From an uncultured virus (IMG/VR IMGVR_UViG_3300017767_000007) (Duplodnaviria; Heunggongvirae; Uroviricota; Caudoviricetes), in IMG/VR virus record IMGVR_UViG_3300017767_000007: a DNA stretch of 64,000 nucleotides. One strand, written 5' to 3'. Below, in pieces: positions 59,085 to 64,000 of the stretch. Position 1 is the stretch's first letter; each line of letters starts with the position of its first letter. A program made the position numbers and the translations under genes. The notes under the pieces were generated by a model. That model saw only the letters and a program-made list of their open reading frames with translations. It was not told the origin of the DNA and did no database searches.

Positions 59085-60089
59085 TCAAATGTATGCGCTT
59101 GCTTGTGCGCTTCTAATGGTGCATTCGGCCATACAAGTGTTTGTATTGTCGAACAACCCAAAGAAAGGAGTTGTCATGGTTTGGTGGTCACGACCAGAAA
59201 CAGATGTTTCAGGTGAATCAAATACAACCTTGAAGAAGTCAAATTCAATGTCAGCGTTTGCTGTTTCAATATACTTCATACGGAGTGCTGGAGTACCAAC
59301 AACGGATGAATCGTAAATGAATGTTGAACCAGATGCTTGAGTCAAACCGTTGTATGTTGGCTCTGATGCGCCAGCAGTATACATTGGTTCGTTAAATTCA
59401 ATGTTTCCGCTAATAGCCCTACGAGTAACAGGAGGTGCTTGTGTAAGAGTCAAGTTTCCAATAGAGAAACCAGAATCAAGGTCACGGTTAATTGAAAGTT
59501 CAAAGTCAGAAGATTTAACCGATGCAGACTTTGTTGCATTGCCGTTAAAGAAAATTTCTGCGTTAGCATAATACATTGGTTCATTGTCTGGGAAAGAAGG
59601 AGTCGCCATTGTTCCAGATGAAGGAGATTCAGATTTTCCTTGACATTCAAAGGACATAGTAGTAAAGTCACCAACGCTTGCAGATACAGACATTTTGTTT
59701 ACAGACATACCTGTAAAGATGTGGTCACGAGCAGTTCTTCCGATGTGGATAGAAAAGGTTGGGTAAAAGTCAGTAGTTGCAGCACCTTCTTCAAGTGTAT
59801 GGACATTCGGAGAACCTGCCACTACAGTATCAGTAGCGAATAGTCCAGCAATCATCGAACAAGTAAAGTCATCAGTCATCATAACGGTATTCAAAGAACC
59901 TTCACAGTATTCTTTACCACGAACCACCTTCGATGCACCATACTTAGACATATCTTCACGAACCATTGTTTCGTAAATATGTTTGAATGATTCGTCGTCT
60001 ATTTCACCATATACAGGTGAGGTTGCAGGGTCTGTTCCATAAGTTGTTTCTTTCTCGATTGATACATAACGGCTGTCGAAGTCTCCCAT
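59085..60089 (-). CDS. Major tail tube protein
   Basis: KETTYGT N-terminal motif; 334 aa; position. Confidence 0.8.
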   Translation of the reverse strand: MGDFDSRYVSIEKETTYGTDPATSPVYGEIDDESFKHIYETMVREDMSKYGASKVVRGKEYCEGSLNTVMMTDDFTCSMIAGLFATDTVVAGSPNVHTLEEGAATTDFYPTFSIHIGRTARDHIFTGMSVNKMSVSASVGDFTTMSFECQGKSESPSSGTMATPSFPDNEPMYYANAEIFFNGNATKSASVKSSDFELSINRDLDSGFSIGNLTLTQAPPVTRRAISGNIEFNEPMYTAGASEPTYNGLTQASGSTFIYDSSVVGTPALRMKYIETANADIEFDFFKVVFDSPETSVSGRDHQTMTTPFFGLFDNTNTCMAECTIRSAQASAYI

Positions 60090-60143
60090 ATTATCATCTC
60101 CTAATACTCACTCTTCACCAGTCAATCACACTTAAAGTCTGTG

Positions 60144-61184
60144 TTATCTCTTACGATAATTGCTTCTGCGTCTAAACTTAAATGTGTGATGGTTTACACA
60201 AACTACTTCATCTTCTTCCAATTTCATATCAATGTTAGAACTGAAGTCAGCAACTGCGTCTGTATTATCGTTTTGTCCTGTTTTTGAATAAATTTCTTCA
60301 ACGACTTCTCCTGATATTTCAGCACAAAGTCGGTGTGCATATCTAAAGTCAGCCGCACGAGTTACTACAAAGACTTCAACTGTGTAATCGTGATAAACTA
60401 CTCCACCGCCTAATGCTTCTATGTTTGTATTAAGTGAAGGAACTACAACAAATATCGTAGGGGGTTGTAATCTTGCTGTAACTGAAGGTGAAAGGTCATT
60501 GGCATAGACAATAGAAGCATCTTCAACGAATGTCTTAAGATACATTCGCTTTGAATTTTTTAAGACTTCTATGATTCTATAACCATTTCTTACCAGCAAA
60601 TCAGTAGTCCAAATAGACGAGGCTAATTCTTCTGTACCAAATGCACCGTCACTTGAATAATAAACATTACCAAACAATACTGAACCATCGTCACAACCAA
60701 ATGATACATCAGTTGTGCTGGAAGTGCTGATAACTTCATTGTATAGTGTTTCTCCTGTTTCTGTTTCTTGCATATCAAATGGATAGAATCTGCCAACTGC
60801 ACCGTTAAGTGTTAGTCTAAAAAAGAAGGGTTTACTCAAGTCTAAATTGCTTATGGTTACATCAGTAGCACCCGCACCACTTATCTTCAAGGAAGTAGTG
60901 TTTCCTGTGGATTTAACGATGATTTCTCCTACACCATTACCAAGTGAAGCCAACTTTGTTCCATCAACGGGTGTAGTATCATATTTTAGCGATACTATCA
61001 TTGTAAGTCCTGTATTTGTTGTGCTGATTGTATTATATCCAGCAGCACTCACTTTCCAATAATCTTCATCTTCGGCACCTGCTACTGTTGTATTCCACGA
61101 ACCTTGATTTTGCCCGATAGGGTTTGCAGGGTCTTCTCCATTTAATCTATGCGACCACGAAACTAATCTGCCTGCTACACTCAT
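60144..61184 (-). CDS. Tail terminator-like protein with N-terminal beta-sandwich domain
   Basis: C-terminal PTIFVV...YTVEVFVV pattern; position before tail tube. Confidence 0.55.
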   Translation of the reverse strand: MSVAGRLVSWSHRLNGEDPANPIGQNQGSWNTTVAGAEDEDYWKVSAAGYNTISTTNTGLTMIVSLKYDTTPVDGTKLASLGNGVGEIIVKSTGNTTSLKISGAGATDVTISNLDLSKPFFFRLTLNGAVGRFYPFDMQETETGETLYNEVISTSSTTDVSFGCDDGSVLFGNVYYSSDGAFGTEELASSIWTTDLLVRNGYRIIEVLKNSKRMYLKTFVEDASIVYANDLSPSVTARLQPPTIFVVVPSLNTNIEALGGGVVYHDYTVEVFVVTRAADFRYAHRLCAEISGEVVEEIYSKTGQNDNTDAVADFSSNIDMKLEEDEVVCVNHHTFKFRRRSNYRKR

Positions 61185-61960
61185 CTCAACATCAACTCCA
61201 TAAACTTATCCATTGTCAAACTTGTAGTATTGACACTCCATTGCTGTAAGAATGGAAGTGGTTTAACTCGCCTAACAGGATTCATTTTGTTCTTATTGTT
61301 TGAATCAATAGCCATTTGGAACAAATTGTCTAAGTCATTACCTGCAGCTGATTCAGTCCATTCAGGGCTACTGGGAGTCCAATTAACGCTTGCTGCTACA
61401 GGGAACATTGGCGCACGAGGTTCACTCCCAGCCTTAAGTCCTTCAACAAGTGGTGCTAATTTTGCGCCTCTTGAACCTGTTAGTGGTGTTCCCATATCTT
61501 TACCTACAAATCCTATAAATCTTGCTTGTTCAACATCAAAGTCATAGTTTAGGTGTTTTCCTACTAACTTGTAAATTGACATTCCTGTGCTATCACGCTT
61601 AAGTCTTTCTCGGATAAATGAACTTTGTATAGAAGGTGCTTTTTTGTGATAACCCTGTCCTTGCTGTAAAAATAACTTGGTCTTTGTAGTGCTCATACGG
61701 GCAGCATGACCTGTAGCCAAAGCAAATGTTTTCTTTAGTCCTGATTCGCTTAGTTGTTTCATATACTTCTTTAGTTGAGACCAATCCCACTTAATCATCA
61801 TTGCTCCCTGTTTAGGAGAAATTACTCTTTGCATTTCGTCTTTAAATGCTCTATCAATAAATGCAGCATCAGAAGAAGTGACATCTGGTAACGACCTCAC
61901 TTTAGACATATAGTCTGATATATTAAATGATTCTCCTAAAACCTGTGAAACACTCATCAT
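61181..61960 (-). CDS. Putative neck/tail completion protein
   Basis: Position; KPLPFL C-terminal pattern. Confidence 0.45.
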   Translation of the reverse strand: MMSVSQVLGESFNISDYMSKVRSLPDVTSSDAAFIDRAFKDEMQRVISPKQGAMMIKWDWSQLKKYMKQLSESGLKKTFALATGHAARMSTTKTKLFLQQGQGYHKKAPSIQSSFIRERLKRDSTGMSIYKLVGKHLNYDFDVEQARFIGFVGKDMGTPLTGSRGAKLAPLVEGLKAGSEPRAPMFPVAASVNWTPSSPEWTESAAGNDLDNLFQMAIDSNNKNKMNPVRRVKPLPFLQQWSVNTTSLTMDKFMELMLR

Positions 61961-63171
61961 TAGTTAATGCCTCCGTGATGTGCAATTCTGTTAAGGGACT
62001 CAGTACCTCTTTTACGGAAGGTATTTGCTCTTAGGTCTTTGCCATCACCGAAAACTGCTTGGTCTTCATAGATATAGCCAGCTGCTAAATCAGCACAAAC
62101 CTCTCTTATGATATGCGCTATTTCTCCTTCTTGTACTGTTACTCCGCTTGCGTGGTCAAATGATAATCCTGTTGCCCCTGTTAATCTTGTAAATGTAAAT
62201 GTTGGAATTATTGAACCATTACTATCACCGCTTTCTGAAATAGTAATTCCTGTTGGTGCTACGGTATAGACACCAGGAGAAGTAATGGAAGTGCTTGATA
62301 TAATTCCTGTTGTATTCAAAACAACAGTTACAGTAGCATTGCCAAAAGAAGATGACGAAGTTATTGTTGGGGTCGAAGCATACTTTGTAGTATCGGTAAC
62401 TGTAATTGATTGTAGTTGTCCTGTGGAATCAAGGACTGCTGTTAGTGTGTTAGTACCAAAGTCAGTAGAATCAGCAACTGTGATAGGTGGAATAGATGGA
62501 TAATATGTAGTGTCTGTAATAACTATATTGCTAATAACTCCAGAAGTAACTGTAAATGTGCCACCTGCACTACTGCCGATATTAAATGTGCCAGTTCCGT
62601 CTGTTGAGCCATCATCTGCTAAAGCACCACCATTAACACCACTCAAAGTTATACTGCTAACTTGAAAGTGAACAGTATAAGAGCCAATGCTGACTCCGTT
62701 TACAAGATAGTTTCCTGGCTGGCAATTTGTGTTAGTGCCTCCGATAGTATATGATGCTGTTGTTGCGCTAATTCCGTATGTTCCAGCAAATCCACTACCT
62801 GTTCCACCTGTTGCAGTTAATGTTCCTACAGGATAAGTGTCGCCAGCAACTGCAATAGTTAAAGCAGATATTCCTCCGTCTTTTCCAGTCCATTGAAATG
62901 AATCGCCATCAACATTGCCCTTTGCAGAAGCAGTAAATAGATTAGCGTTAGTGACAGTTACTTCAGTTGCTTGAGCCAAAGAATCGGCATTTGTTGTAGT
63001 AGCAGCCAATGACTTGCTTGGTTCATCACGACCTCTTGAAAAAAATTCTTGGTCTATGTCAATACAAGCCCTTCTTATTGCTCCTGTTAATCTTGATGCA
63101 GCTGCAATACGCTCTTGAGAACTAAGTCCCATTCGGTCAGCAACATCAGATGTGGAACAATAATAAACCAT
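61960..63171 (-). CDS. Head-tail adaptor-like protein with large beta-rich insertion
   Basis: YCSTSDV...RACIDID N-terminus and IIREVCADLAAG C-terminus flank a Gly/Thr/Ser-rich region. Confidence 0.6.
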   Translation of the reverse strand: MVYYCSTSDVADRMGLSSQERIAAASRLTGAIRRACIDIDQEFFSRGRDEPSKSLAATTTNADSLAQATEVTVTNANLFTASAKGNVDGDSFQWTGKDGGISALTIAVAGDTYPVGTLTATGGTGSGFAGTYGISATTASYTIGGTNTNCQPGNYLVNGVSIGSYTVHFQVSSITLSGVNGGALADDGSTDGTGTFNIGSSAGGTFTVTSGVISNIVITDTTYYPSIPPITVADSTDFGTNTLTAVLDSTGQLQSITVTDTTKYASTPTITSSSSFGNATVTVVLNTTGIISSTSITSPGVYTVAPTGITISESGDSNGSIIPTFTFTRLTGATGLSFDHASGVTVQEGEIAHIIREVCADLAAGYIYEDQAVFGDGKDLRANTFRKRGTESLNRIAHHGGIN

Positions 63172-63172
63172 T

Positions 63173-63337
63173 TCACATCAGCACCTGAGCATCCATTCCG
63201 AGAGAAGCAAGCATAGCAAAGAAGGCATATTTCAAGTATTTAGCCATTGTTGATAATTCAAAGACTGCTTGTTCAAGCAAACGAACCCTGTCGTCTAAAT
63301 CTTCAACTCTATCTTCTAAATTTGCCATTACAATCAT
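63173..63337 (-). CDS. Small coiled-coil + TM protein (holin-like?)
   Basis: Hand translation MIVMANLEDRVEDLDDRVRLLEQ...YAFFAMLASLG. Confidence 0.5.
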   Translation of the reverse strand: MIVMANLEDRVEDLDDRVRLLEQAVFELSTMAKYLKYAFFAMLASLGMDAQVLM

Positions 63338-63513
63338 TCCTCTTCAATCATTTCTTTTGCGTCTTCTGCTATACCTGTTACTTCTTCAATAATTTCCTCG
63401 ATTTCATCAAGGGTAATTTTTCCGTCAGCCATAACTCTTTTGTAAAGAGCAAGACCCTTTTCACCTACATAGGCAGCAACCATAGCATACAGCACAATAC
63501 TTTCTAATTCCAT
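63334..63513 (-). CDS. Small TM protein
   Basis: Hand translation MELESIVLYAMVAAYVG...DGKITLDEIEE. Confidence 0.5.
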   Translation of the reverse strand: MELESIVLYAMVAAYVGEKGLALYKRVMADGKITLDEIEEIIEEVTGIAEDAKEMIEEE

Positions 63514-63515
63514 TT

Positions 63516-63743
63516 TTAGTCCTCACTTTGAATTTGAACGACTTTGCTCCAGGGAATTACTAAGAAGTGTCGCTCACCCTTCTTCTTAGAAACCAACAAA
63601 CCATGAGGTGTTTCTTTGATATACACATTGGTATAGCATCTTTCAGGAGGTTGATAAACAACCTTTCCTCTATATACCATCTCATCAGTCATATTCTTAG
63701 CACGAGACGATGCTCTTTTAACATTAACGGACATATTTATCAC
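63516..63743 (-). CDS. Hypothetical protein
   Basis: ORF track. Confidence 0.5.
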   Translation of the reverse strand: MINMSVNVKRASSRAKNMTDEMVYRGKVVYQPPERCYTNVYIKETPHGLLVSKKKGERHFLVIPWSKVVQIQSED

Positions 63744-63746
63744 TAA

Positions 63747-64000
63747 CTACATTCTTAATTCGTAATTATTCATCAACCATCTTCCTCTATCATGTAGTTG
63801 TTGATAATCAACAATAAGAAGTATTCTTACAGGCATTGGTTCTTCCGTAGGCTCACCCGTATTTGGGTCAATCATAAATGCTTCGTGTTTCCCTGCATCC
63901 ATTACTCTAACATTGTTTAGTCTTGTATCTCTCGACGCAGGATAAATTCTTAGTCTGGTGCTGGCGACCATTCCCGAAGCAACATCTCTCATACTTTCAA
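63747..64000 (-). CDS. Partial hypothetical protein
   Basis: ORF runs in from window end. Confidence 0.45.
   Translation of the reverse strand, partial: ESMRDVASGMVASTRLRIYPASRDTRLNNVRVMDAGKHEAFMIDPNTGEPTEEPMPVRILLIVDYQQLHDRGRWLMNNYELRM

Noticed and set aside
46752..63171. Many plus-strand ORFs opposite tail genes, and similar antisense ORFs elsewhere
   Set aside because: Shadow frames of long genuine genes

Overview
This is a 64 kb segment of a tailed dsDNA virus of an archaeon (Caudoviricetes, siphovirus-like), most consistent with a 'magrovirus' of Marine Group II Euryarchaeota (Poseidoniales). The assignment rests on archaeal BRE/TATA promoters and GGTGA/GGAGGTG ribosome-binding sites, PolB, RFC, a PCNA-like clamp, an MCM-like ATPase, a fused PriS-PriL primase, an ERCC4 nuclease and a group I chaperonin. 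Layout: head genes (1-6.8 kb, minus), phosphoesterase + terminase (7.2-10.4 kb, plus), an early/accessory region (10.5-24.7 kb), a replication/nucleotide module (25-46.2 kb, plus) and tail genes (46.3-64 kb, minus). The strongest unexplained signal is organisation around the trinucleotide SAG (CAG/GAG; CTG/CTC on the other strand). About 1.76 kb right after terminase has no SAG on either strand and carries two heavily base-paired non-coding RNAs. It ends at a terminator followed at once by a SAG-dense ~48 bp repeat array. Early transcription units then carry SAG almost only on one strand or the other. Elsewhere, GATC and AGCT were found only where a SAG overlaps them. Together with an ABC-ATPase/Mom-like GNAT gene, this suggests a virus-encoded SAG-directed DNA modification with an unmodified first-entry leader. 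All motif counts are by eye and need computational confirmation; functional calls come from motif recognition, not database searches.
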